A DNA stretch of 64,000 bases from an uncultured Noviherbaspirillum sp. (GTDB taxonomy: Bacteria; Pseudomonadota; Gammaproteobacteria; Burkholderiales; Burkholderiaceae_D). Positions 51,792 through 61,053 of this stretch are shown piece after piece; the first letter of the stretch is position 1; each line of letters starts with the position of its first letter. The notes under the pieces are model-generated. The model saw only the letters and a list, made by a program, of their open reading frames with translations, was not told where the DNA came from and did not search any database. The position numbers were made by a program, and so were the translations under genes. Location: NCBI GenBank assembly GCA_966212445.1, contig CBIHRJ010000010.1:28672-92671 (forward strand), read 5' to 3'.

Positions 51792-54700
51792 GCCTCGAAT
51801 CCCTGCTCTCCGAACTGTCCCGGCTGGACGTCAAGCTCGGGCTGCTGGAGGATGAACAACTGTCCATCAAGGCGCCCAAGGGCAGACTGACGCCGGACCT
51901 GATGGATCGGCTGCGCAAGAACAAGACGGATCTGCTGGGGTGGCTCGCGCGAGAGCGGGCGAGCAGTGCCAGGGACGCGCTGCCCCCGATCAAGCCGGAC
52001 CCGGAAAACCTGTATCGGCCGTTTCCGTCGGCGGACCTGCAGACCGCCTTCCTGATGGGCGACAGCGAGGACATGGAATTCCATGTCCGCCCGCACTATT
52101 ATCTTGAGCAGGATTTCGATGCGCTCGATCCCGTGCGTTACGAGCAGGCGCTCAATGCGGCCGTGCACCGTCAGCGCGACAATCTCGTCGTGGTCAATGA
52201 CGAGCTGCAGTTGCAGACGCTGCGGGAGTTCACGCCGGTGACGGTGGCGGTGCAGGATTTGCGCGGCATGTCCGCCGGCGAAGCAGAATCCGCATTGTCG
52301 GAAACGCGCGCTTCGATGTCGCGCCAGATGCTGCCGATTGACCGCTGGCCATGGTTCGATTGCCGCATCAGCTTGTATGGCGAAGGCAAGGCACGGCTGC
52401 ATTTCAACAACAACAATGTCTTCAGCGACGGCTACGGTTCGCAGAAACTGCTGGCCGATGTGCTGCACTATTACCGTTTTCCAGAACAACCGCTGCCGGC
52501 CCTGTCGCTGAGTTTTCGCGATTGCGTGCTGGCGTTGGCCAGGCTGGAGGAATCGCCGCAAGGGCAGGCGTCGCAGCGTTACTGGCTGGACCGGATGCCG
52601 CAACTGCCGGGGCCGCCGCCATTGCCGCTCAAGGCAGGAACGAATCCGCGCACCCGTTCCCTGCTTGAGCGGCGCGAAGCGATTCTCCCGGGCGGCGAAT
52701 GGATGGCCTTCAAGCATCATGCCCGCCGCTTCGGGCTGACACCGACCAATGCGCTCTACGCGGTGTATGCGGAGCTGATCTGCTGCTGGAGCGGCTCGCG
52801 TCACTTCCTGTTGAATAACATGGTCACCCATCGCTTCCCGATGCATCCGGAAGTGAAGGAGATCATCGGCAACTTCGCATCTCTGTATCCGCTGGAAGTG
52901 GACTGGCGCGATGCGGCGCCGTTCCACCGGCGCGCGCAGATGCTGCAGGAACGCATCATGGCGGATCTGCGGCATGTGCACTGGAGCGGGGTCAAGGTAT
53001 TGCAGGCGCTGAATCAGGCGCAGAAGACGCCCGGACGCGCGCCGGTGCCATTCGTCGTCGGCAGCGGCTTGTTCATGAAACCGTATGACCGGCCCGGCGT
53101 CGCCTGCCTGGAAACGCCGCAGGTCTTGCTCGATCATCAGTTCTGGGAATTGACCGACGGCGGACTCTGGTTTGTCTGGGACCTGATCGAAAGCTTCTTC
53201 CCGGATGGGATGATCGATGCGATGTGGGAGGCTTACCGCGCGCTCCTGACCCGCTTCGCCCAGGATGAGCATGCCTGGTCCGAAACGGCGTTTGATTTGT
53301 TGCCGCCGGTTCAAGGTCAACAGCGCGCCCAGGCCAACGATACCGTCACTCCGGTCCCGGACGGTTTGCTGCATGAGCCGCTGGCCCGGCAGGCGACGCG
53401 GCATGCCGAAAAAACGGCGATCATCGCCTCCGGCCGCACCTTGAGCTACGCGGACCTGCGGGAGCAGGCCGACCGGCTCGCCCGCCGCCTGCTTGCTGCC
53501 GGTGTGCAGCCGCATGAACTGGTCGCCGTCATGCTGGACAAGGGATATGCGCAGGCCGCAGCCGCATTCGGGATTCTCGGCGCGGGAGCGGCCTATGTCC
53601 CGCTCGACCCGGAATGGCCGTATGACCGTATCGAATATCTGCTGGCCAATACCCGCGCCAGGGTGGTCGTCACGCGCAGGGAATTGCGCAAAGGGCTGAC
53701 GCTGCCGGACGGCGTGCGGGTCATCGATATCGACGACGATGCAGGGGAGGAAGCGCTCGACCGGGTTTCCATTGCCGCCGATCCGCGAGGCCTTGCCTAC
53801 GTCATTTTTACCTCCGGTTCGACCGGCAGGCCGAAGGGCGTGATGATCGACCATCGCGGCGCATTGAACACCGTGATCGACATCAACCGGCGCTTCGGGA
53901 TAGGCGGACAGGACGTGGTCTTCGGCATCTCGTCCCTGTATTTCGACCTGTCTGTCTACGACCTGTTCGGCACGGTCGCTGCCGGCGCGACACTGGTGTT
54001 GCCGGATGCGGCGGACACGACCTCTCCGCAAGCCTGGATCGAAGCGGTTCGCATGCATGGCGTGACGGTCTGGAACTCGGTGCCGGCCCTGATGCAACTG
54101 CTGGTCGATGCGGCGCTGGCGTCGGATATCGTGTTGCCGTCGCTGCGCGCCGTGATGCTGAGCGGCGACTGGATTCCGGTGTCGCTGCCGCGGCAGATCC
54201 GCAAGGTGGCGCCGAATGCGCGCGTGATCAGCCTGGGCGGGGCGACCGAAGCCTCGATCTGGTCGATCCATTATCCGGTCGAGCGCCACGATAGCGACTG
54301 GGTCAGCATTCCGTATGGCCGCCCGCTTGCCAACCAGAGCTGGCATGTACTTAACGATGCCGGGACGGACTGTCCGACATGGGTGCCGGGCCATCTGCAT
54401 ATCGGCGGTATCGGCCTCGCGCTCGGCTACTGGGAGGATCGGGAGAAAACCGATGCCGCCTTCGTGCGCCATCCGGCAACCGGGGAACGCTTGTACCGGA
54501 CAGGCGACCTCGGCCGTTATCTGCCGGACGGGAATATCGAATTCCTGGGGCGCTCCGACTTCCAGGTCAAGATCCAGGGATTCCGCGTCGAGCTTGGCGA
54601 AATCGAGCAGGCCTTGCTGTGCCATCCGGATATCCGTACCGCCACGGTGATCGCGGAAGGGAGCGCGGCCGGTAGCGCAGCCGGTAAGCGCCTGCTGGCT

Positions 54701-55939
54701 TTCGTTGTGCCGGAAGACGGGCGTCTTCCGCTCGTCGCGGAGGTGCAGGAATTCTTGCGCAACCGTTTGCCGCGCTACATGGTGCCCGGCCAGATCGGCT
54801 TTCTGCAGCAGTTGCCGTTGACCGCCAACGGCAAGGTCGACCGCCAGGCCTTGCTCAACATGGGCGCTGGTGCATGCCAGGAAAAGCAGGGTCATGTCGC
54901 TCCCGGCAGCGCGACGGAAAAGGAGCTGGCCGCCATCTGGGAAGAAGTGCTGGGGATGTCGCCGGTAGGCGTGCATGACGACTTCTTCGAACTCGGCGGC
55001 CAATCGTTTGCCGCCGTCAGGGTGATGACGCGCATTGCCCGGCACTTCGGACGCCGCCTGCCGCTGTCGGTCCTGCTGGAAGGCCGCACCATCGCCAGCC
55101 TGGCGCAGCGCCTGCGGCAAGGTGACACCTGGTCGCCGCTGGTACCGGTGAACGCCCGGCGCGGCAGCGGCCGTCCCTGCTTTTTCGTCCATCCCGCCGG
55201 CGGCAATGTCCTGTGCTATCGCGATCTCGCGGAAAGACTGGACCGGCCGTTCTACGGTTTGCAGGCAGCCGGCCTGTATGGCGAGCAGTCGCCTTTGCAG
55301 GACATTGAGCGGATGGCAGAGCTGTATGCGCAGGCGATCCGGCAAGTGCAGCCGTCCGGCCCCTATCTGCTGGGAGGCTGGTCGTCCGGCGGCATCATCG
55401 CGTTTGCGATTGCGCACTTGCTGGAACGGCGGGGGGAAACCGTCGAGCGCGTTCTCATGCTCGATACACCCGCACCCTTGCAGCACGATTATGTGGACGA
55501 CGCAACGATGCTGGCCTGGTTCCTGGAAGACCTCGACATCGGCTTCAGCGCATCCCGCATTGCGCCCGGCGAATTCTCCGGCCTCGGACTCGCTGATGCC
55601 ATTTCTCTGCTCGCGCAGCGCAAGGAGATCGCGGTTGATGTCGATCCTCAGCAGTTGGAGTCCGTCTACGGCGTGTTCCGGGGCATCATCGATGCATGTC
55701 GCCGGTATCGTCCCGAGCAGGTCCATGCGCCGATCAGCGTGCTGCGCGCCGGGGAGGGTAGGGTCAGCGAATTCATCGGCCATCCGGCCGATCACACACC
55801 CGACTGGGGTTGGTCGCTCTTCACGCGCGGCCCGGTATCGAGCACGGTCATTCCCGGCAATCACTACACGATCCTGTCGCCGCAACATGGGGCCGTTCTA
55901 TCCGCCGCAATCGGGCATCAACTGAATCAGAGCGCATAA
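51779..55939 (+). CDS. Single-module NRPS: docking domain, variant heterocyclization (Cy-like) domain, A domain (Cys-type signature), PCP, thioesterase
   Basis: 1386 aa; ATG 51788 is an alternative start. The N-terminal TubC-like docking region reads SLESLLSELSRLDVKLGLLEDEQLSIKAPKGRLTPDLMDRLRKNKTDLLGWL. The Cy-type core reads HFNNNNVFSDG. A-domain motifs: LAYVIFTSGSTGRPKGVMIDH, FDLSVYDLFG, YRTGDLGR, GRSDFQVKIQGFRVELGEIE, NGKVDR. PCP: FFELGGQSFAAV. The TE carries GGWSSGG. Confidence 0.9.
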   Translation: MHIMSLESLLSELSRLDVKLGLLEDEQLSIKAPKGRLTPDLMDRLRKNKTDLLGWLARERASSARDALPPIKPDPENLYRPFPSADLQTAFLMGDSEDMEFHVRPHYYLEQDFDALDPVRYEQALNAAVHRQRDNLVVVNDELQLQTLREFTPVTVAVQDLRGMSAGEAESALSETRASMSRQMLPIDRWPWFDCRISLYGEGKARLHFNNNNVFSDGYGSQKLLADVLHYYRFPEQPLPALSLSFRDCVLALARLEESPQGQASQRYWLDRMPQLPGPPPLPLKAGTNPRTRSLLERREAILPGGEWMAFKHHARRFGLTPTNALYAVYAELICCWSGSRHFLLNNMVTHRFPMHPEVKEIIGNFASLYPLEVDWRDAAPFHRRAQMLQERIMADLRHVHWSGVKVLQALNQAQKTPGRAPVPFVVGSGLFMKPYDRPGVACLETPQVLLDHQFWELTDGGLWFVWDLIESFFPDGMIDAMWEAYRALLTRFAQDEHAWSETAFDLLPPVQGQQRAQANDTVTPVPDGLLHEPLARQATRHAEKTAIIASGRTLSYADLREQADRLARRLLAAGVQPHELVAVMLDKGYAQAAAAFGILGAGAAYVPLDPEWPYDRIEYLLANTRARVVVTRRELRKGLTLPDGVRVIDIDDDAGEEALDRVSIAADPRGLAYVIFTSGSTGRPKGVMIDHRGALNTVIDINRRFGIGGQDVVFGISSLYFDLSVYDLFGTVAAGATLVLPDAADTTSPQAWIEAVRMHGVTVWNSVPALMQLLVDAALASDIVLPSLRAVMLSGDWIPVSLPRQIRKVAPNARVISLGGATEASIWSIHYPVERHDSDWVSIPYGRPLANQSWHVLNDAGTDCPTWVPGHLHIGGIGLALGYWEDREKTDAAFVRHPATGERLYRTGDLGRYLPDGNIEFLGRSDFQVKIQGFRVELGEIEQALLCHPDIRTATVIAEGSAAGSAAGKRLLAFVVPEDGRLPLVAEVQEFLRNRLPRYMVPGQIGFLQQLPLTANGKVDRQALLNMGAGACQEKQGHVAPGSATEKELAAIWEEVLGMSPVGVHDDFFELGGQSFAAVRVMTRIARHFGRRLPLSVLLEGRTIASLAQRLRQGDTWSPLVPVNARRGSGRPCFFVHPAGGNVLCYRDLAERLDRPFYGLQAAGLYGEQSPLQDIERMAELYAQAIRQVQPSGPYLLGGWSSGGIIAFAIAHLLERRGETVERVLMLDTPAPLQHDYVDDATMLAWFLEDLDIGFSASRIAPGEFSGLGLADAISLLAQRKEIAVDVDPQQLESVYGVFRGIIDACRRYRPEQVHAPISVLRAGEGRVSEFIGHPADHTPDWGWSLFTRGPVSSTVIPGNHYTILSPQHGAVLSAAIGHQLNQSA

Positions 55940-55972
55940 AAAAGCCCGGACAAGGGGGCAAGGGAGACAAGC

Positions 55973-58900
55973 ATGGAGCAGTTACTCTTTGATTTGAGCA
56001 AACTGGGGATCAAGCTCGGCCTCGACGGCGACGAGTTGCGGGTGTCGGCCCCGCAAGGCGTGCTGACCGAGGAATTGCGGCAGACCTTGCGCGCGCAAAA
56101 GGATCAACTACGCTACCTTCTGCAGAAAACGCAGGGGGCCGGCAGTGCAGCGTTCCCCTTGCCGGCAGCCGATCCGGCCCGGCGCTTCGAGCCTTTTCCC
56201 CTGACCGAAATGCAGCATGCCTATTGGGTCGGCCGCGACAGCGCGCTGGAGATGGGCAATGTCGCAACGCATCTGTACGTCGAATTCGATTGCCGCGATC
56301 TTGACGTCACGCGTCTCGAAGACGCGCTGTGCAGGATGATCGACCGTCACGACATGCTGCGCGCCGTGGTCGGACACGACGGCATGCAACGCATCCTGTC
56401 GGACGTGCCGCGCTATCGGATTGCGGTCGACGACTGCTCGGCGGCGTCGCCGGAGCAGGCGGAAAGCGCGATCGCCGCGAACCGCGATGCCTTGTCGCAC
56501 GAGGTGCGCAAGGCCGATCAATGGCCGTTGTTCGAGGTCCGCGCAACATTGTTGCCTGCATCCCGCCTGCGCCTGCACGTCAGTCTCGATCTGCTGATCC
56601 TCGATGCGGCCAGCATATTCTTTTTCTTCCAGGAGTGGCATCAGTTGTATCAACATCCGGAAATCGAACTGCCGTGCTTCGGCATTTCGTTCCGTGATTG
56701 CGTGCTGGCGGAACAAGCCCGCCGGCAGTCCGAAGCGACTCGCCGTGCGCATGCATACTGGATGGAGCGCGTCGACACATTGCCGGCATCGCCGCCACTG
56801 CCGCTGCGGTCCGATCCGGCGGCTCGCCATGCCCCCCGCTTCAGCCGGCGCGAGTCCAGGCTGGAAAGAGTGCGCTGGGACGGACTGAAGGCGGTCATTC
56901 GCAGCAAAGGACTGACACCGTCCACCTTCCTGCTGGCGGTCTATGCGCAGGTGCTTGCACGCTGGAGCGCGACATCGCATTTCACTCTGAATGTCACGGT
57001 GTCGAACCGTCCGCCGCTGCACCAGGACATCAGCCGCCTGATAGGCGACTTTACCTCGCTGGTCATGCATGAAGTTGACCAGCGCGACCGGCGTCTCAGC
57101 TTTCTGGATTTCGCGCGCACATTGCAGCAGCAGTTCATGACCGATCTCGATCATCGCCAGGTGAGCGGCGTGACCGTGCTGCGCGAATGGGCGAAGCGCC
57201 GCGGCATTGCCCTTCAGGCGACCATGCCCGTGGTGTTCAGCAGCGGGTTGACCGGAAGCGGCGACCAGGAGGTCGGCAACCTGGAACAATTCGGGCCGAA
57301 AGTCTACAGCGTCAGTCAGACTTCTCAAGTATGGCTTGACCATCATGTGGTTGAAGTGAACGGCGACCTCGTCTTCAACTGGGATGCCGCGGATGCGGTA
57401 TTCGAGGACGGCGTGCTCGACGCCATGTTTGCCGCGTATTGCAATGTCCTCGACCGGCTGTGCGAGGATGCGTCGTTGTGGGACAGTGTCGATATCGTTG
57501 CGTTGCCAAAGGAAATGCAGTTGCGGCGCGAGCAGGCAAACCTGACCTCGCACGATGTACCCCATCGAAAAATCCATGCCGGATTCGTCGAGCATGCGCG
57601 CGAGCATCCCGATGCCGTTGCACTGATATCGCCGGAACGCACGATGACCTACGGCGAATTGCTGGCTGAAAGCTGCGCCGTCGCCGACTGGCTGATCGGC
57701 GACGGCGTGCATGCCGGACAGCCGGTGGCGGTGCTGATGCGCAAAGGGTGGGAGCAGATCGTCGCGGTATACGGCACGCTGCTCGCGGGCGGCGCCTACA
57801 TGCCGATCGATGCCGACCTGCCGCTCAAGCGGCAACTGGAACTGCTGCGGATCGGCGAAGCCGGTCATGTCCTGACACAGCCGGCGAGCAATCGCATCGA
57901 ACCGGACAGCGGCGGATGGAAGGTGCACGAGATCCGTGCCGGCGCCAGCGCGGACTACAGTGCCGCGCATGCGAAGCGGCTCGATGCCGGCCTCACCGAC
58001 CTGGCCTATGTCATCTTCACCTCGGGCACCACCGGCGTCCCCAAGGGCGTGATGATCGATCACCGCGGCGCGATGAACACGATCGCGCATGTCAACCGAC
58101 TGTTTGGCGTCGGCCCGCAGGACAGGGTGCTGGGCGTGTCGTCGCTGAGTTTCGACCTGTCGGTCTACGATATTTTCGGATTGCATGCGGCCGGTGGGGC
58201 GCTCGTGCTGCCCGATCATGCGAAGGGCCATGACCCGCTCCATTGGCGCGACCTGATCGTGGAGCATCGCGTCACGCTGTGGAATTCCGCGCCGCAGTTG
58301 ATGAAGATGTTGATGGACAGCTTCTACTCCGGCGAAACGGAGACCGCGCCGTTGCGCACCGTCCTGCTGTCCGGCGACTTCATTCCGCTCGACCTGCCCG
58401 GGCGGATTCGCAGCCGCTATGTGCAGGCCGCCGTCGTCAGCCTGGGCGGCGCGACCGAAGCGTCCATCTGGTCGATTTATTACCCGGTGAAGGAGATCGA
58501 TGCGACCTGGGCGAGCATTCCATATGGCATGCCCTTGCCCAACCAGACCATCCGGGTCTGCGACAGCGCGTTGCGGCCCTGTCCGGATCATGTCAAGGGC
58601 CGCATCTTCATCGGCGGGATCGGTCTTGCCGCCGGCTACTGGCGCGATGCGGAAAAAACTGTGGCACGTTTCATCACCCATCCCGAAACGGGCGAGCGCC
58701 TGTACGACACCGGCGACCTGGGACGCTACGCGGCTGACGGCAACGTGATCATACTCGGGCGCGACGACGGGCAAGTCAAAATCCGCGGTCATCGCGTGGA
58801 GCTGGGTGAAATCGAAGCCGTGCTGAACCAGCATGCCGGCATCAGGCAGGCGGTGGTGCTGGCGACGCCGGGCCCGGCGGAACATCGCCGGCTCGCCGCC

Positions 58901-60586
58901 TACATTGAGCCGGCCGTCCGGGAACTGTCCGAACAGACGCTGCGGGATTATTTGTCCGATCGCCTGCCGGACTACATGGTGCCGCGCCATTTGATGCTGA
59001 TGGACGCCATGCCGGTATCGGCCAACGGAAAAATCGACTATCGCGCACTGCCCGAGATATCGATGGATCCGGAATCCGGAGGGCATGATCTCGTCTTGCC
59101 GCGCAACGCGACGGAACAGACCATTTTCGATGCATGGTCTCGCGTGATCGCGGGTTGCGAGATCGGCGTCACCGACAATTTCTTCGATCTGGGCGGAGAC
59201 TCGATCCTGGCGACGCAACTGGTGCGCGAACTGAATGCGGTGCTGCCTGCATTCAATCTGGAGATGCACGAGTTGTTCGAATCGCTCACGATCGAATCGC
59301 TGGCTGCCTTGTACCAGGCACGCGTGCAGGAGGGCGGGGATGCGCAGTGCCCGGATACAGCGCATCGGGACGAGGCCGATGCGGATGCCATGCTGGCCGA
59401 CGTTCAAGCTGCAATCGAAGGCTTCGCCGATATCGATTTCAATCGGCCGGAACCGGATCATGCGGTATCCGCGTTTGCGCCGGAAGCCGTGCTGCTGACC
59501 GGCGCTACGGGCTGGATCGGCGCGCACGTGCTGTTCGAACTGTTGTCGCTCACCAGGGCGAAGGTGTTTTGCCTGGTACGCCGGTGTGGAACGCCCGGAA
59601 GCGCTGTTGCGCCGATCGAGGCGATGCAGCGTCACGGCCTTGGCGTCGAGCCGTCATGGCACGAGCGTGTGGAGCTTGTCTACGGCGATCTGGCAAGGCC
59701 GCAACTGGGCATGGAGCAAGCCGATTGGCAAGACCTTGCCGAGTTGGTGGACGCGATTTACCACCTGGGCGCGTCGCTCAATGTCATGGTCGATTATGCG
59801 ACGCACCGCAATGTGAATGTCGATCCGGTCGTGCCGCTGGTGCAGCTCGCCGCCGAGCATCACGTGAAGCCTGTGTTCTTCTGTTCGCCGATGGCCGTGT
59901 CGCGGCGCCGGACCGAAACCGGCATGACCGTATTGCACGAAGAACGCGCACATGCCGATCCTGCCGGCATTCCGACCGGGTACGCGCAATCCAAATGGGT
60001 AGCCGAGCAGGTGCTGCTTGCCGCGGCCGGGCGCGGACTGCCGGTCCGGATATACCGGACCTCGCATGCCTTGCCGTCGCTTCGCACCGGCCAGATAAAG
60101 CCGAACGACACCTACGCCACCGTGCTGCAGGCCGCGTGCGCCGCCGGCGTTATTCCCGACTGGAGCGATTCCGCATTCAACGGCATTCCTGTCGACATTT
60201 TTGCCCGCCTGCTGGTGGAGAACTCGTTGCTGCAGGACGGGCACCGCGGCATCGTGCATCTGGAAAACCGTCATCCGCTCGATCTCAAATCGCTGATCGG
60301 CATCCTGCTGGAGGACAGTGCAAGCATCCGCGGTGACGTTGCATGCGTCGGCATCGAAGAGTGGAAGGCGCATTGCCTGGAAGCCGCAGCAAGATTGCCG
60401 CAAGAGAGCGCCGGCCTGGCGAATTTTCTGTTCACCCCGCGTCCCTTCGGATCGGCGGTGGAGAACATGTTCGGTGCGCATCCGATCGATACCGGGTATG
60501 TCGAGCGTCTCGGGCGGGCATCGCAACTGTCCGACCTGACGCCCGCAGCCTACTGGCGCATGGTCAGGCGCAATGCGGGATGGTGA
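55973..60586 (+). CDS. Single-module NRPS: docking domain, heterocyclization (Cy) domain, A domain (Cys-type signature), PCP, terminal thioester reductase (R)
   Basis: 1537 aa. The docking region reads MEQLLFDLSKLGIKLGLDGDELRVSAPQGVLTEELRQTLRAQKDQLRYLL. The canonical Cy core is DLLILDAAS (DxxxxD). A-domain motifs: LAYVIFTSGTTGVPKGVMIDH, FDLSVYDIFG, YDTGDLGR, GRDDGQVKIRGHRVELGEIE, NGKIDY. PCP: FFDLGGDSILATQL. The C-terminal SDR-type reductase has LLTGATGWIGAHV and YAQSKWVAE. Confidence 0.9.
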   Translation: MEQLLFDLSKLGIKLGLDGDELRVSAPQGVLTEELRQTLRAQKDQLRYLLQKTQGAGSAAFPLPAADPARRFEPFPLTEMQHAYWVGRDSALEMGNVATHLYVEFDCRDLDVTRLEDALCRMIDRHDMLRAVVGHDGMQRILSDVPRYRIAVDDCSAASPEQAESAIAANRDALSHEVRKADQWPLFEVRATLLPASRLRLHVSLDLLILDAASIFFFFQEWHQLYQHPEIELPCFGISFRDCVLAEQARRQSEATRRAHAYWMERVDTLPASPPLPLRSDPAARHAPRFSRRESRLERVRWDGLKAVIRSKGLTPSTFLLAVYAQVLARWSATSHFTLNVTVSNRPPLHQDISRLIGDFTSLVMHEVDQRDRRLSFLDFARTLQQQFMTDLDHRQVSGVTVLREWAKRRGIALQATMPVVFSSGLTGSGDQEVGNLEQFGPKVYSVSQTSQVWLDHHVVEVNGDLVFNWDAADAVFEDGVLDAMFAAYCNVLDRLCEDASLWDSVDIVALPKEMQLRREQANLTSHDVPHRKIHAGFVEHAREHPDAVALISPERTMTYGELLAESCAVADWLIGDGVHAGQPVAVLMRKGWEQIVAVYGTLLAGGAYMPIDADLPLKRQLELLRIGEAGHVLTQPASNRIEPDSGGWKVHEIRAGASADYSAAHAKRLDAGLTDLAYVIFTSGTTGVPKGVMIDHRGAMNTIAHVNRLFGVGPQDRVLGVSSLSFDLSVYDIFGLHAAGGALVLPDHAKGHDPLHWRDLIVEHRVTLWNSAPQLMKMLMDSFYSGETETAPLRTVLLSGDFIPLDLPGRIRSRYVQAAVVSLGGATEASIWSIYYPVKEIDATWASIPYGMPLPNQTIRVCDSALRPCPDHVKGRIFIGGIGLAAGYWRDAEKTVARFITHPETGERLYDTGDLGRYAADGNVIILGRDDGQVKIRGHRVELGEIEAVLNQHAGIRQAVVLATPGPAEHRRLAAYIEPAVRELSEQTLRDYLSDRLPDYMVPRHLMLMDAMPVSANGKIDYRALPEISMDPESGGHDLVLPRNATEQTIFDAWSRVIAGCEIGVTDNFFDLGGDSILATQLVRELNAVLPAFNLEMHELFESLTIESLAALYQARVQEGGDAQCPDTAHRDEADADAMLADVQAAIEGFADIDFNRPEPDHAVSAFAPEAVLLTGATGWIGAHVLFELLSLTRAKVFCLVRRCGTPGSAVAPIEAMQRHGLGVEPSWHERVELVYGDLARPQLGMEQADWQDLAELVDAIYHLGASLNVMVDYATHRNVNVDPVVPLVQLAAEHHVKPVFFCSPMAVSRRRTETGMTVLHEERAHADPAGIPTGYAQSKWVAEQVLLAAAGRGLPVRIYRTSHALPSLRTGQIKPNDTYATVLQAACAAGVIPDWSDSAFNGIPVDIFARLLVENSLLQDGHRGIVHLENRHPLDLKSLIGILLEDSASIRGDVACVGIEEWKAHCLEAAARLPQESAGLANFLFTPRPFGSAVENMFGAHPIDTGYVERLGRASQLSDLTPAAYWRMVRRNAGW

Positions 60587-60637
60587 ACGGCACGGCATCA
60601 CAAAAATCTTCAAACGTCAATCAAAGGGGGAGTGCAA

Positions 60638-61045
60638 ATGAACAAGAGCGAACGCATGAGAAGCATCGTGGCACAGGGATGGCTTGCGATGTTCATGGTT
60701 TTTCTTGCTAACATCGTGATGGACCTGGTCCGGATCCTGATCACCGGGACCCAGGTCCAATGGGCCGAACACATGGGAATGCAGGGGGTGAAATTCATCC
60801 TGGTGGTGATGGCGGTGTATGCGGTGATGCCGGTTCTGGTGAGAACACTATCGGCGCGCTGGTTCAGGGGCGCGGTGATAGGCGTCACTGTGCTCATGAC
60901 CTTGTTTGTTGGCGCGCACGAGGTTTCGCACCTGGTGGCATCCGACAAGCCGTTCGGCCTGCTGCATGCGCTCGACATCACCCACCATCTGCTCGGCATC
61001 TGGGTGCTGGTCGCTGCCGTCGCGTGGTTCCGGCAGCCGGACTGA
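60638..61045 (+). CDS. Small integral membrane protein (about 4 TM), unknown function
   Basis: 135 aa from ATG 60638, with GGGGGAG 5 nt upstream. Hydrophobic segments: WLAMFMVFLANIVMDLV, FILVVMAVYAVMPVLV, AVIGVTVLMTLFVGA, LLGIWVLVAAVAW. Several His residues lie in loops. Confidence 0.5.
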   Translation: MNKSERMRSIVAQGWLAMFMVFLANIVMDLVRILITGTQVQWAEHMGMQGVKFILVVMAVYAVMPVLVRTLSARWFRGAVIGVTVLMTLFVGAHEVSHLVASDKPFGLLHALDITHHLLGIWVLVAAVAWFRQPD

Positions 61046-61053
61046 AGACGATC

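Noticed and set aside
51659-55888. Very long ORFs antisense to real genes, or frame-shifted over them. Examples: 130-1845, 14643-16001, 22645-24525, 41858-43660, 44804-46492, 49467-51377, 51659-55888 and 56108-59635.
   Set aside because: These are shadow ORFs typical of GC-rich DNA. Their translations are Arg/Ala/Gly/Pro-rich low-complexity strings without motifs. They fully overlap genes that have clear family signatures on the other strand or in another frame.
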